Origin: Escherichia phage ALITA
Direction: 5' to 3' (one strand)
Sequence record: PP359570
DNA: 64,000 bases
Positions 7,369 to 14,826 of this stretch are shown one piece after another. A program made the position numbers and the translations under genes. Under the pieces are notes generated by a model. That model did not search any database, was not told the DNA's origin, and worked only from the letters and a program-made list of their open reading frames with translations. Numbering within the stretch: position 1 is the first letter of the stretch; every line of letters starts with the position of its first letter.

Positions 7369-7629
7369 TTGTTTTTTCTAAAAGTTTTTGATAATGTGAT
7401 CGCTTTTGAACATGCTACAACGTTCGACCTGGCGAGATACGCTATCAGGTTTAAAGATAATGTTTATCCCCGTGCTGGCGGCGGTTACACTATTTTTAAT
7501 CATCGCAACGCGCAACTAACTGATATAACTAATCCAGATCCTGGAGTGTATCGGATAGGCTGGCTACCGTCAAAAGATGCGGCAAGCATGTTTAAGGTAT
7601 GTAAACTACTAACAGAAGAGGCGAACTAA
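7369..7629 (+). CDS. hypothetical protein (TTG start)
   Basis: 86-aa ORF, GGAGG 6 nt upstream of TTG. Confidence 0.55.
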   Translation: MFFLKVFDNVIAFEHATTFDLARYAIRFKDNVYPRAGGGYTIFNHRNAQLTDITNPDPGVYRIGWLPSKDAASMFKVCKLLTEEAN

Positions 7630-7630
7630 C

Positions 7631-8185
7631 ATGGGGCGTGAATATGTGATCCAGTCCTGGGTAAAGCATGATGCTAATGATCCGCGCATAATACCAGATG
7701 ACATGATCGATCACATGGTAGGGTATAGCGGGGAGCAGATAGGAAATCGAGCGGCAAAGAGCAACGGCAACACCAGGACGCGATCCGTTCGCCCTGGATG
7801 GCTGGCAAATGGTAACGCTGACATTGCAAGCGCCGCAGATCCAAGCGATGACGCTAAAAATAATCCCTTATACAGTATTGATCCGGCTTTTAAGGTGTTG
7901 GAAGAGTATCCCGCTAAATTAGCCGCACTAGATAAAGCATACGAAGAAAAACGGGTGGCATGGACTGTATACAACACCGCTAAAATGGTGCTAGATGCAA
8001 AATTGATTAAAGCCCAGGAGAAGATCAATAAACTTGTTACCATAGCGCAAGAGGAAGACCAGGACGACCAGGAGGAAGAGGAAGAAATCATGCCTAACCT
8101 GGAAGAGGAAGAGATCCAGCCATACACGCCGACAGAAGAGGAAAAAATACAAGCCTTAAAAAATTATAAAAATTGTATTGTGTAA
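7631..8185 (+). CDS. hypothetical protein with strongly acidic C-terminus
   Basis: 184-aa ORF, 1 nt after previous stop; tail QEEDQDDQEEEEEIMPNLEEEE. Confidence 0.65.
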   Translation: MGREYVIQSWVKHDANDPRIIPDDMIDHMVGYSGEQIGNRAAKSNGNTRTRSVRPGWLANGNADIASAADPSDDAKNNPLYSIDPAFKVLEEYPAKLAALDKAYEEKRVAWTVYNTAKMVLDAKLIKAQEKINKLVTIAQEEDQDDQEEEEEIMPNLEEEEIQPYTPTEEEKIQALKNYKNCIV

Positions 8186-8188
8186 GGC

Positions 8189-8245
8189 TTGACATATGCA
8201 AACAAGCCCCGTAATATGTACCACATAGAGCGGGGCAACCCCCTC
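8189..8245 (+). promoter_or_regulatory. orphan promoter/hairpin cassette C4 (no ORF behind it)
   Basis: TTGACA-N17-TAATAT, cacATAG, GAGCGGGG-CAA-CCCCCTC hairpin, aaaggtgaaataaaaatc leader runs straight into the next promoter. Confidence 0.55.
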
Positions 8246-8265
8246 AAAGGTGAAATAAAAATCAC

Positions 8266-8293
8266 TTGACAACTGAAATCAGTAAGCTATAAT
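8266..8293 (+). promoter_or_regulatory. sigma70-like promoter TTGACA-N16-TATAAT (serves 8331)
   Basis: Perfect consensus hexamers; no GC hairpin in this leader. Confidence 0.6.
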
Positions 8294-8330
8294 GCTTATA
8301 TAAATTAAAGCGTTACTAAGGAATAAAATC

Positions 8331-8696
8331 ATGGCTAAAAATATCAATGTTTCTGCTTATGCTACCCTGGCTAACACTGCTAAAATTGAACTATCCAGCA
8401 TTGAAGCGGTACATATTAGCGCCCGTCGCTGGTTTCAAAAGTCTTATGGTAATACTTATTTCTCTTTGATGGTTGACGTTGAGATCGGCGGTAAACTGAT
8501 TGAAGTCGTTAACGTTCCGTTTCAATATGGTTATGGTGATCATTTTGATACCGTTGCCCTAGAAGAGTTTAGCAAGGTTATCAACCTGGAAGGTAAAGAC
8601 TTTTCAAATTATGCTTACCTTTCCCGTTTTTGCCGTGATAATGGGATCGCTGTATACAGTCATGCAAGCGATGTTAAACGTAAAAAAGATTTATAA
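8331..8696 (+). CDS. hypothetical protein
   Basis: 121-aa ORF, AAGGA RBS. Confidence 0.7.
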   Translation: MAKNINVSAYATLANTAKIELSSIEAVHISARRWFQKSYGNTYFSLMVDVEIGGKLIEVVNVPFQYGYGDHFDTVALEEFSKVINLEGKDFSNYAYLSRFCRDNGIAVYSHASDVKRKKDL

Positions 8697-8702
8697 AAAG
8701 TA

Positions 8703-8766
8703 TTGACAGCACGAATAAAAAGCGTAAAATGTTTTATATCAGGACGGGGGAACGGTTTCCCCTCCT
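8703..8766 (+). promoter_or_regulatory. promoter/hairpin cassette C5 (serves 8786)
   Basis: TTGACA-N16-TAAAAT, hairpin AGGACGGGGGAA-CGG-TTTCCCCTCCT, leader taacaaagagagaaataaaa. Confidence 0.65.
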
Positions 8767-8785
8767 AACAAAGAGAGAAATAAAA

Positions 8786-8968
8786 ATGGCTAAATGCACT
8801 ATCTGTAAGAAAGAAATAGTATTAGTTCCAAGCGCCCGTGAACGTGCCGCTAAGTTTGGTGGCAAACCGTCAGACTATACAAAAATGTTCACTACCCATG
8901 CAGCTTGCCAGGTAGCGAAACGTTCACAAGAAAGCGTAGAATTAATGCGTAAACTTTCCAAAAAATAA
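8786..8968 (+). CDS. hypothetical Cys-containing small protein
   Basis: Start moved to MAKCTICKK because the longer ORF (8729) would read through the promoter and hairpin. Confidence 0.6.
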   Translation: MAKCTICKKEIVLVPSARERAAKFGGKPSDYTKMFTTHAACQVAKRSQESVELMRKLSKK

Positions 8969-8970
8969 TA

Positions 8971-9029
8971 TTGACAAAGTATTTTATTACTATATAATGG
9001 TTTACATCGAGAGCGGGAATAGTTCCCGC
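8971..9029 (+). promoter_or_regulatory. promoter/hairpin cassette C6 (serves 9054)
   Basis: TTGACA-N16-TATAAT, hairpin GCGGGAA-TAG-TTCCCGC. Confidence 0.7.
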
Positions 9030-9053
9030 CTCACTGAAAAAGAGATTAACATC

Positions 9054-9293
9054 ATGGCTAAATCTAAAATGTACAACGGTCACAAAAACAAAACTCATTG
9101 GAATGTAAGCCTTTGGATCAACAACGATGAAGGTTTTTATAATCTTGCGCGTGAATTTATCGCAGCTAACACCAATAAGAATGACGCAGCGCGGGATATG
9201 ATGTTATTTCTTGAAAGTATGGATCAAGATAAAACGCCAGACGGTTACAAGTTCAGTAAAACTGCAATCCGTGCCGCTATGGTTGGAATGTAA
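9054..9293 (+). CDS. hypothetical protein (HWNVSLWINNDE motif)
   Basis: Start at MAKSKMY downstream of the hairpin; 79 aa. Confidence 0.65.
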   Translation: MAKSKMYNGHKNKTHWNVSLWINNDEGFYNLAREFIAANTNKNDAARDMMLFLESMDQDKTPDGYKFSKTAIRAAMVGM

Positions 9294-9306
9294 AGGAGAC
9301 ATAAAA

Positions 9307-9387
9307 ATGAAACATCGTTCGACCTATCTGACAAAACGTTTTAGCTTAGATCATAAATTAGGCTATTACGGAAGAAATAGAAAATAA
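9307..9387 (+). CDS. 26-aa basic peptide (hand-called, weak)
   Basis: GGAGA RBS then ATG; fills the 9294-9388 gap. Confidence 0.3.
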   Translation: MKHRSTYLTKRFSLDHKLGYYGRNRK

Positions 9388-9388
9388 T

Positions 9389-9448
9389 TTGACAACGTTT
9401 AAAATTAGTGTAAGATGTATCACATAGGGCGGGAAATGGTTTCCCGCC
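9389..9448 (+). promoter_or_regulatory. promoter/hairpin cassette C7 (serves 9471)
   Basis: TTGACA-N16-TAAGAT, cacATAG, GGCGGGAAA-TGG-TTTCCCGCC, leader aaatcaaagaaagg. Confidence 0.7.
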
Positions 9449-9470
9449 AAATCAAAGAAAGGTTATCATT

Positions 9471-9698
9471 ATGGCTATCGTTATTGTTCGCGTATCCGGT
9501 ACGGTTGGGATCTCCCAGGTAGTAGCAGTTATCACCGAGAAGAAAGGAGATGATCTTCACTCCTCCTTGAATAGCTGGGCGGTCGCTAACTTTGGGCAAT
9601 GGTCGAGCGTTGAGTACATCGAATCCTACCAGGTGCCAACGATTAGCCTAACCGATCTAAATGTTGATCGCTTGTTGTGCCTGGATCAATTAAACTAA
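9471..9698 (+). CDS. hypothetical protein
   Basis: 75-aa ORF behind cassette C7. Confidence 0.65.
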   Translation: MAIVIVRVSGTVGISQVVAVITEKKGDDLHSSLNSWAVANFGQWSSVEYIESYQVPTISLTDLNVDRLLCLDQLN

Positions 9699-9706
9699 AA
9701 ATAATA

Positions 9707-9764
9707 TTGACAAGATAACTAAAATCAGTAAAATGTAATGCATAGGGCGGCAATAGTGCCGCTC
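9707..9764 (+). promoter_or_regulatory. promoter/hairpin cassette C8 (serves 9786)
   Basis: TTGACA-N16-TAAAAT, gcATAG, GGCGGCA-ATAG-TGCCGC. Confidence 0.7.
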
Positions 9765-9785
9765 CTAGTGAGAGAGATTATCAAG

Positions 9786-10001
9786 ATGGCTAATATCCGC
9801 ACACTGTTAAAAAATGCAAGTCAAGTTTTATTTTCAGATGACGAGTATTTCAACAAAGACATTACAGGCGTGAAAAATTTAAAAGACGTGAAGGATGTTA
9901 TCGGTATCCGTGGATCTTTACGTAAAGGTGACATATACGGTAACAAGGTGCAATATAAACTGTCAAAAGATTATGATTTTACTTTGACATTTATTTCATA
10001 A
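9786..10001 (+). CDS. hypothetical protein
   Basis: Start at MANIRTLL after the hairpin; 71 aa. Confidence 0.6.
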   Translation: MANIRTLLKNASQVLFSDDEYFNKDITGVKNLKDVKDVIGIRGSLRKGDIYGNKVQYKLSKDYDFTLTFIS

Positions 10002-10007
10002 AACCGC

Positions 10008-10068
10008 TTGCAATACTGCAAAAATAAAGTAAACTGTATTCATCAAGGCGGTGGAATAGCCCACCGCC
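10008..10068 (+). promoter_or_regulatory. promoter/hairpin cassette C9 (serves 10092)
   Basis: TTGCAA-N16-TAAACT, hairpin GGCGGTGG-AATAGC-CCACCGCC, leader taacaaagagaagagg. Confidence 0.6.
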
Positions 10069-10091
10069 TAACAAAGAGAAGAGGAAACATC

Positions 10092-10262
10092 ATGATCACT
10101 TTCGCTACCCGTGAAGCCGCTCGCAACGTTGCACGTAAAGTTAACGCCGCCAACCTGGGCGCTACGCTTAAAGCCCCGGTAAAAGATGAATCAGGTAAAT
10201 GGATCTTCCCTGGTCTGCGTCACGCTGATAAGCTGGGAACGTTAACGCTAAAAAATAAATAA
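10092..10262 (+). CDS. hypothetical protein (56 aa)
   Basis: Start at MITFATRE after the hairpin. Confidence 0.55.
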   Translation: MITFATREAARNVARKVNAANLGATLKAPVKDESGKWIFPGLRHADKLGTLTLKNK

Positions 10263-10269
10263 AATCCGC

Positions 10270-10328
10270 TTGACAGTAGCATCATTTATAAGTAAAGTAA
10301 CAACAACGGCGGGAAATGGTTTCCCGCC
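10270..10328 (+). promoter_or_regulatory. promoter/hairpin cassette C10 (serves 10349)
   Basis: TTGACA-N17-TAAAGT, GGCGGGAAA-TGG-TTTCCCGCC, leader atcaataaagagataagatc. Confidence 0.7.
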
Positions 10329-10348
10329 ATCAATAAAGAGATAAGATC

Positions 10349-10708
10349 ATGAAATCAGTAAAAGCAATTAAAACTTACATTGTGTCGGCTATTTCTTTTG
10401 ATGGTACTACAACCGAAAAAGAAAAGATCACCGAACTGATGCGCCGTTTTAACTCTGAATACTGGTATCCCGATAATCAAAAACGTTACAATTATAACGT
10501 GATCAAGGCAATAGCCTCATGGTTACAAGGTTTACCGTCAGAAATCAATATTGCTTTTGATTATAACGAGATCGATCACTTGTTAATTGAATGGAAGTAC
10601 ATAAAAGAAACAAGCAAAGAAACAACCGTTACCCGTGAGCGGGAAAATTATTGGTTATATATTGCAAGCATGATCGTAATCCTGGCAAAACAGCATAACG
10701 CGGCGTAA
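10349..10708 (+). CDS. hypothetical protein
   Basis: 119-aa ORF behind cassette C10. Confidence 0.7.
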   Translation: MKSVKAIKTYIVSAISFDGTTTEKEKITELMRRFNSEYWYPDNQKRYNYNVIKAIASWLQGLPSEINIAFDYNEIDHLLIEWKYIKETSKETTVTRERENYWLYIASMIVILAKQHNAA

Positions 10709-10723
10709 TTAAGAGGAAAAAAC

Positions 10724-10861
10724 ATGAACGCATCACAGCAGATCGAAAAATTCAACCGCAGCAAGGCGCGTAAAGATTGGAACGAAGAGATCACCAAAAA
10801 AGGCGACAAGCGGAACAAAACAAAAAGAGATCGCAGCACAAAAAGATACTGGAACGAATAA
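10724..10861 (+). CDS. 45-aa lysine/arginine-rich protein (hand-called)
   Basis: AAGAGGA RBS, ATG; ends 6 nt before the terminator. Confidence 0.45.
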   Translation: MNASQQIEKFNRSKARKDWNEEITKKGDKRNKTKRDRSTKRYWNE

Positions 10862-10867
10862 CAAAAA

Positions 10868-10888
10868 GGGCGCAATAAGCGCCCTTTT
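10868..10888 (+). terminator. intrinsic terminator GGGCGC-AATAA-GCGCCC + TTTT
   Basis: Perfect stem plus T-run; same design as 14803 and 15959. Confidence 0.65.
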
Positions 10889-10978
10889 AGCTTATATAGA
10901 GGCTTGTTACCCATAGGCAATGGTAACGCCAGGGCAAGCCTATAAATCAACGTTAGACGGCTTTACAGGAGCTTTAAA

Positions 10979-11161
10979 ATGAGATTAGAAGAAATAAGCA
11001 AGGCACTAGCCCAGGGGCAAAGGTTAAACGCCCGTTATCGTGATCAATATGGCTTCATAACTAGCGGCGTGATCCTGGGGATTGAAGGCAATAAGATTTT
11101 TATTGACACGTTGAAAAACGTTGTATATAGTGACAATATAATCTCAATAAAACATATATGA
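10979..11161 (+). CDS. hypothetical protein
   Basis: 60-aa ORF with AGGAG RBS. Confidence 0.55.
   Translation: MRLEEISKALAQGQRLNARYRDQYGFITSGVILGIEGNKIFIDTLKNVVYSDNIISIKHI
11103..11131 (+). promoter_or_regulatory. sigma70-like promoter TTGACA-N17-TATAGT (inside 3' end of previous gene)
   Basis: Consensus-like hexamers ~40 nt upstream of 11170. Confidence 0.45.
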
Positions 11162-11169
11162 GGCAAGAA

Positions 11170-11571
11170 ATGAAAAAATTATTGATCGCTGGTTTAATCT
11201 CTTTTGGCATGGTTGGAACATCTAGCGCGGCGATATCCTCCACAGTAGCAGAATTAAGCGCCGTTGATGCAATGGAAAACGTCATGCTTATTAATAATGC
11301 GATCCCCGATGAAATCATGGAGGATTCACACATGATCGCTTATGGTGCTGTTACACAACTAACGGCAAAAATAGATAAATCTATTGTTAATGGCTTAAAT
11401 GAAGATGTACCATGTGAAATTATTACCAGTGTGCTCACTACTCAAAATTTTACGCCGTGGTTAAAAAGTATTCAAAAAGTACACAGTACAGCCGCAGATC
11501 GTAGCAATGAAAAACTAGTGTCAGCACTTGCAACGTATACCCTAGCAAAATGCACTGAAATAAAAGATTGA
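11170..11571 (+). CDS. secreted protein (signal peptide)
   Basis: MKKLLIAGLISFGMVGTSSA-A signal-peptide-like N-terminus; start chosen at MKKLL. Confidence 0.65.
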   Translation: MKKLLIAGLISFGMVGTSSAAISSTVAELSAVDAMENVMLINNAIPDEIMEDSHMIAYGAVTQLTAKIDKSIVNGLNEDVPCEIITSVLTTQNFTPWLKSIQKVHSTAADRSNEKLVSALATYTLAKCTEIKD

Positions 11572-11596
11572 CAGCATAGAAAGCACGTTATAAGAT
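11568..11596 (+). promoter_or_regulatory. sigma70-like promoter TTGACA-N17-TAAGAT (serves 11619)
   Basis: Consensus hexamers, no hairpin; leader acacacaacaaaggag. Confidence 0.55.
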
Positions 11597-11618
11597 ACAC
11601 ACAACAAAGGAGAACTAC

Positions 11619-11921
11619 ATGAACGGCATAGCTAAAACGTTTTTTCTTTTTTCTGGTGTAAATGATCCATCAATAAAAGTCGATAGTGTAAAAGAAAACA
11701 ATACTATCACCGCTAAATTGTTTCAAGATGAAACAAATAACGTGCTAATCATTAATCTTAAAGAAATAACTAAAGGTTATTATACTATTGCTTACCATGC
11801 GATCTATCATGCTGGTACTAGCGAGGAAGTGCAAACAAGCAACAACGAAAGCGCGGCGCTACCTGGTGATCTGGTGCTGGGTGTTATTAGTTTAATTGTC
11901 AATGATTTTTTTAAGGAGTAA
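11619..11921 (+). CDS. hypothetical protein
   Basis: 100-aa ORF with AAGGAG RBS. Confidence 0.6.
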   Translation: MNGIAKTFFLFSGVNDPSIKVDSVKENNTITAKLFQDETNNVLIINLKEITKGYYTIAYHAIYHAGTSEEVQTSNNESAALPGDLVLGVISLIVNDFFKE

Positions 11922-11925
11922 AACC

Positions 11926-12021
11926 ATGCCCTATTTACATTTATTTTTCGGGATCTTATTGTCAGGATCTTTTTTCTTCTGTATGCTTGTTTCTATTGTA
12001 AACCACGTTTTAAGACATTAA
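11926..12021 (+). CDS. 31-aa hydrophobic peptide (hand-called)
   Basis: AAGGAG RBS in the end of the previous gene; MPYLHLFFGILLSGSFFFCMLVSIV. Confidence 0.4.
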   Translation: MPYLHLFFGILLSGSFFFCMLVSIVNHVLRH

Positions 12022-12030
12022 GGAAACAGC

Positions 12031-12150
12031 ATGAAAATTATTCCCGTACAATATAGCGTAATAAATCCAGCATATGAGGAAGGAAGGAAAACAAGCATGG
12101 CTTTATGTTGTATTGTTACTATAGCCATGTTGTTATATATTGTGTTTTAA
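12031..12150 (+). CDS. 39-aa peptide with C-terminal TM segment (hand-called)
   Basis: AAGGAAACAGC then ATG; ...MALCCIVTIAMLLYIVF. Confidence 0.4.
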   Translation: MKIIPVQYSVINPAYEEGRKTSMALCCIVTIAMLLYIVF

Positions 12151-12179
12151 TAGGTTTTATAGTTGTACGCTTTAAAGGC

Positions 12180-12231
12180 TTGACAATTTTTTGTTATGCT
12201 TTAAAATATATCTTGAAAACGGCAAAGGCCG
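12180..12231 (+). promoter_or_regulatory. promoter TTGACA-N16-TAAAAT + short CGGC-AAAG-GCCG hairpin (serves 12251)
   Basis: Consensus hexamers; degenerate version of the cassette hairpin. Confidence 0.5.
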
Positions 12232-12250
12232 CAAACAAAAGGGTAAAATT

Positions 12251-12574
12251 ATGAAATCTGTGATCGGTGTTTATTTGGATAACTCTGATTTTTTCTATCA
12301 TCGCGCGCGTTTACTTGATGCTATTGAAATGATAGAATCAGGCTTTAAAGAGTATCGCCTTGCACATGATGACCTGGAAGCATTACAGGGCAATAGTGTT
12401 TTTACATTGCAAGCGAAAGCACTATGCAAAAGCCGGATCGAGATTGCAAGTAAAAAGATAGAGCGCGGCATGTCCTGGTTACGCACCGCAGAAATCAACA
12501 TGGGGCAATGGTACGGCAAAAACTTAGAAAATAAACATGCTTTTGTAAATGTAGAAAATATTGAAGATTATTGA
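12251..12574 (+). CDS. hypothetical protein
   Basis: Start at MKSVIGVY downstream of the promoter; 107 aa. Confidence 0.6.
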   Translation: MKSVIGVYLDNSDFFYHRARLLDAIEMIESGFKEYRLAHDDLEALQGNSVFTLQAKALCKSRIEIASKKIERGMSWLRTAEINMGQWYGKNLENKHAFVNVENIEDY

Positions 12575-12636
12575 TTGACAGCACACCTGATAAGGAGTAT
12601 ATTGTATCTCATAGAGCGGGGAAATGGTTTCCCCGC
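12575..12636 (+). promoter_or_regulatory. promoter/hairpin cassette C15 (serves 12657)
   Basis: TTGACA-N17-TATATT, tcATAG, GCGGGGAAA-TGG-TTTCCCCGC, leader ttaacagaagagataagat. Confidence 0.7.
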
Positions 12637-12656
12637 CTTAACAGAAGAGATAAGAT

Positions 12657-12941
12657 ATGAAGATCACAAAAGCACTTTCCAACTATGCAGCACGTCGCGG
12701 ATTATGCTTATCCGTTGAAAACTTAGGGAAAGAAGATTTTTTGTGCTTTTGGGAGCTTGAGAATGATAATGAGTGGATCTTCTCTTATTCTATCTGCAAA
12801 GATCAAAATGGTTGCTTGTTAACCTGGCGCGGTAATATCTATCTACCGGAAGAAATCAAAGAAGAATTACCAGGCACGATCATGACTGAGAAACAGCTTA
12901 AGGAAGTGATTAATTTTGTAGGGCAAAACATTAAAAAATAA
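12657..12941 (+). CDS. hypothetical protein
   Basis: 94-aa ORF behind cassette C15. Confidence 0.7.
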   Translation: MKITKALSNYAARRGLCLSVENLGKEDFLCFWELENDNEWIFSYSICKDQNGCLLTWRGNIYLPEEIKEELPGTIMTEKQLKEVINFVGQNIKK

Positions 12942-12942
12942 T

Positions 12943-13001
12943 TTGACACTAGGCAAACAACGTAGTAAAGTTTATCACATAGGGCGGCAATAGTGCCGCT
13001 C
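12943..13001 (+). promoter_or_regulatory. promoter/hairpin cassette C16 (serves 13024)
   Basis: TTGACA-N17-TAAAGT; 54 nt from tatcacatag to ATG (12973-13026) are identical to 6369-6422. Confidence 0.7.
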
Positions 13002-13023
13002 ATAACAGAAGAGAGAAATAATC

Positions 13024-13194
13024 ATGATCCCAACTATGTTTTATGTATCGCGCAAAGGTCACAATATTTTTTGGTCTGAAGATTTAAATGAAGCCATGAC
13101 GTTTGCCCGTGATCGTGTTGCTATCGGTGGCGTTAATATTACCGTAACCGATGAAAACGGCATTGAATACTACAACGGCGACGATGAAGAGTAA
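13024..13194 (+). CDS. 56-aa hypothetical protein (hand-called)
   Basis: ATG at the end of the duplicated leader; MIPTMFYVSRKGHNIFW... Confidence 0.55.
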   Translation: MIPTMFYVSRKGHNIFWSEDLNEAMTFARDRVAIGGVNITVTDENGIEYYNGDDEE

Positions 13195-13201
13195 TTAATA
13201 A

Positions 13202-13223
13202 GGCGGGGGGAGTATTCCCCGCC
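13202..13223 (+). promoter_or_regulatory. leader hairpin without promoter (C17, serves 13243)
   Basis: GGCGGGG-GGAGTATT-CCCCGCC then atcaataaagagataaatc ATG; no TTGACA upstream. Confidence 0.5.
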
Positions 13224-13242
13224 ATCAATAAAGAGATAAATC

Positions 13243-13512
13243 ATGAAAATATCATTGGACGTTGCAATCAAGGCCATCGAATCCGGTTACACCCTGGTAA
13301 AAGATGATAAGGCTAAAACCGTGCACCACGTTAACAAGGAAACAGGCGAAAGCATGATCACATATAAAGCCGCCTACTTTCTCCAATCAGTAGCAGATCC
13401 GCGCGTACAACGCCAGGTTACGGCGGCTATTGCTAAAAAATTATGTGCTTTACAGGGTACAAGTTTTAACGAGATCGCCCCGTGTTTTGACTGGTCGAGC
13501 TTGAAAAAATAG
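13243..13512 (+). CDS. hypothetical protein
   Basis: 89-aa ORF behind hairpin C17. Confidence 0.7.
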   Translation: MKISLDVAIKAIESGYTLVKDDKAKTVHHVNKETGESMITYKAAYFLQSVADPRVQRQVTAAIAKKLCALQGTSFNEIAPCFDWSSLKK

Positions 13513-13513
13513 T

Positions 13514-13575
13514 TTGACAATACGCGGTTATCTGGTAAAGTGTACGACATAGGGCGGGGCAATAAGGCAACGCCC
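13514..13575 (+). promoter_or_regulatory. promoter/hairpin cassette C18 (serves 13594)
   Basis: TTGACA-N16-TAAAGT, acATAG, GGGCG...CGCCC stem with large loop. Confidence 0.6.
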
Positions 13576-13593
13576 ATTAATGAGGGTAGAATC

Positions 13594-13698
13594 ATGTTAG
13601 AGAAAATTTTCACGGTTGTAGTAGTGGGCCTGGCGTTATCGGTTGGAGTGGTTGCAACTATGGCTAACATGATCCTATCTTCCCACGGTATTGGATAA
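13594..13698 (+). CDS. 34-aa membrane peptide (hand-called)
   Basis: GAGGG RBS; MLEKIFTVVVVGLALSVGVVATMANMIL. Confidence 0.45.
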   Translation: MLEKIFTVVVVGLALSVGVVATMANMILSSHGIG

Positions 13699-13708
13699 GG
13701 TGAATCAA

Positions 13709-13924
13709 ATGATCACGAATAAGACAGGTAAAACGGAATTCTTGCGCGGCTTGCAAATAGGTAAACCTGAGATCTGGCATTGCACTAAATCCGCGCATAA
13801 TGAAATGAAAGATTTTACCGCTACTTTACAACGTGTTAAAATATCTATCACGCAGAAAAAAGCCTTGTTAGTAGTAGAAAACGAGATACCGCAAACCATT
13901 ATTATTGTCGAGCGTACAGCATGA
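13709..13924 (+). CDS. hypothetical protein
   Basis: ORF track starts at TTG 13691; ATG 13709 has better TAAGGTG spacing. Confidence 0.55.
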   Translation: MITNKTGKTEFLRGLQIGKPEIWHCTKSAHNEMKDFTATLQRVKISITQKKALLVVENEIPQTIIIVERTA

Positions 13925-14307
13925 AAACTGAAATCATTATTGAAATCATCAACGGTTATAAAGAAGCCTTTATTTTTGCTGAATCAGCCAGGGATCATGA
14001 AGGTAATTTTATAGATGACATGACTGATCATGAGTTTTCAGATCAAGCCCATCAGCGGATCATACATGACGTGGCGGCGTTTTGTGATGCCAATGATGCC
14101 GCTATCTCTGAGGCAATGAGCGACGGCGCTACAGCAAACCAGATCGGGAATGACTTACATTTCACCCGTAATGGTCACGGCGTAGGCTTTTGGGATCGCC
14201 CTGAAATATACACTACTAACACCGCCAACCGACTAACAAATGCAGCTAAATTAATGCCATCGGTGCATGCTTACATTGGTGAAGATAATTTGATTTATAT
14301 TGAATAA
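13921..14307 (+). CDS. hypothetical protein (RNGHGVGFWD motif)
   Basis: 128-aa ORF, ATGA overlap with the previous gene. Confidence 0.7.
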   Translation: MKTEIIIEIINGYKEAFIFAESARDHEGNFIDDMTDHEFSDQAHQRIIHDVAAFCDANDAAISEAMSDGATANQIGNDLHFTRNGHGVGFWDRPEIYTTNTANRLTNAAKLMPSVHAYIGEDNLIYIE

Positions 14308-14313
14308 AAAGTA

Positions 14314-14372
14314 TTGACACCGATCCCCAATATGGTATGATTTACCACGTAGGCGGGAAATGGTTTCCCGCC
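14314..14372 (+). promoter_or_regulatory. promoter/hairpin cassette C19 (serves 14396)
   Basis: TTGACA-N16-TATGAT (TGn extended), cacGTAG, GGCGGGAAA-TGG-TTTCCCGCC. Confidence 0.7.
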
Positions 14373-14395
14373 AGGTAATCAAAAAGGTAAATACT

Positions 14396-14785
14396 ATGCG
14401 CAACCTGGTTTCTGTTTCTAACGTTGAAAAATTCCAATCTTTACAGGGTATCGTTAACAACGTAGCGCCTTTTTTAGTCAATGGCTTGATTGCAAAGATG
14501 AAAAATAAACATCATGCGGCATGGTCTGCTTACTGCTTTGATAATGATGAAAAAGCGGCTGAAATGATGTTAGATATGCTGTTAGATAGTGTAGAAACAT
14601 CTTTACCGGAAAACATCGCAGAAGAGATCACCTATCGTTATAATATGGCGATCACTTACCAGGAGGTTGCGCAATTTAATATGATGGATGATGACGAACA
14701 ACAGGATCAGGAAATGTTCTGGGAGTATGCAGATCGTCAATCGGCTTTTGATGAAAAGTTAGCGATGTATTATAACGAATATTAA
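14396..14785 (+). CDS. hypothetical acidic protein
   Basis: Start at MRNLVSV after the hairpin; 129 aa. Confidence 0.6.
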   Translation: MRNLVSVSNVEKFQSLQGIVNNVAPFLVNGLIAKMKNKHHAAWSAYCFDNDEKAAEMMLDMLLDSVETSLPENIAEEITYRYNMAITYQEVAQFNMMDDDEQQDQEMFWEYADRQSAFDEKLAMYYNEY

Positions 14786-14802
14786 TACACGGTAAAAGAA
14801 AG

Positions 14803-14826
14803 GGGCGCACTAAGCGCCCTTTTTTG
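14803..14826 (+). terminator. intrinsic terminator GGGCGC-ACTAA-GCGCCC + T6
   Basis: Perfect stem plus tttttt. Confidence 0.7.

Noticed and set aside
7711-8127. 138-aa minus-strand ORF rich in Ser
   Set aside because: It is antisense to the acidic, repeat-rich 3' half of 7631..8185. Its low-complexity SSSS runs mirror the GAA/GAG codons. It has no RBS or promoter.
8729-8968. Long versions of island ORFs (8729, 8997, 9738, 10008, 12191, 14360) that begin upstream of the hairpins
   Set aside because: Their first 12-28 codons would translate the -10 box, hairpin and purine leader. In each case an internal ATG sits at the conserved distance after the leader, so the shorter forms were called.
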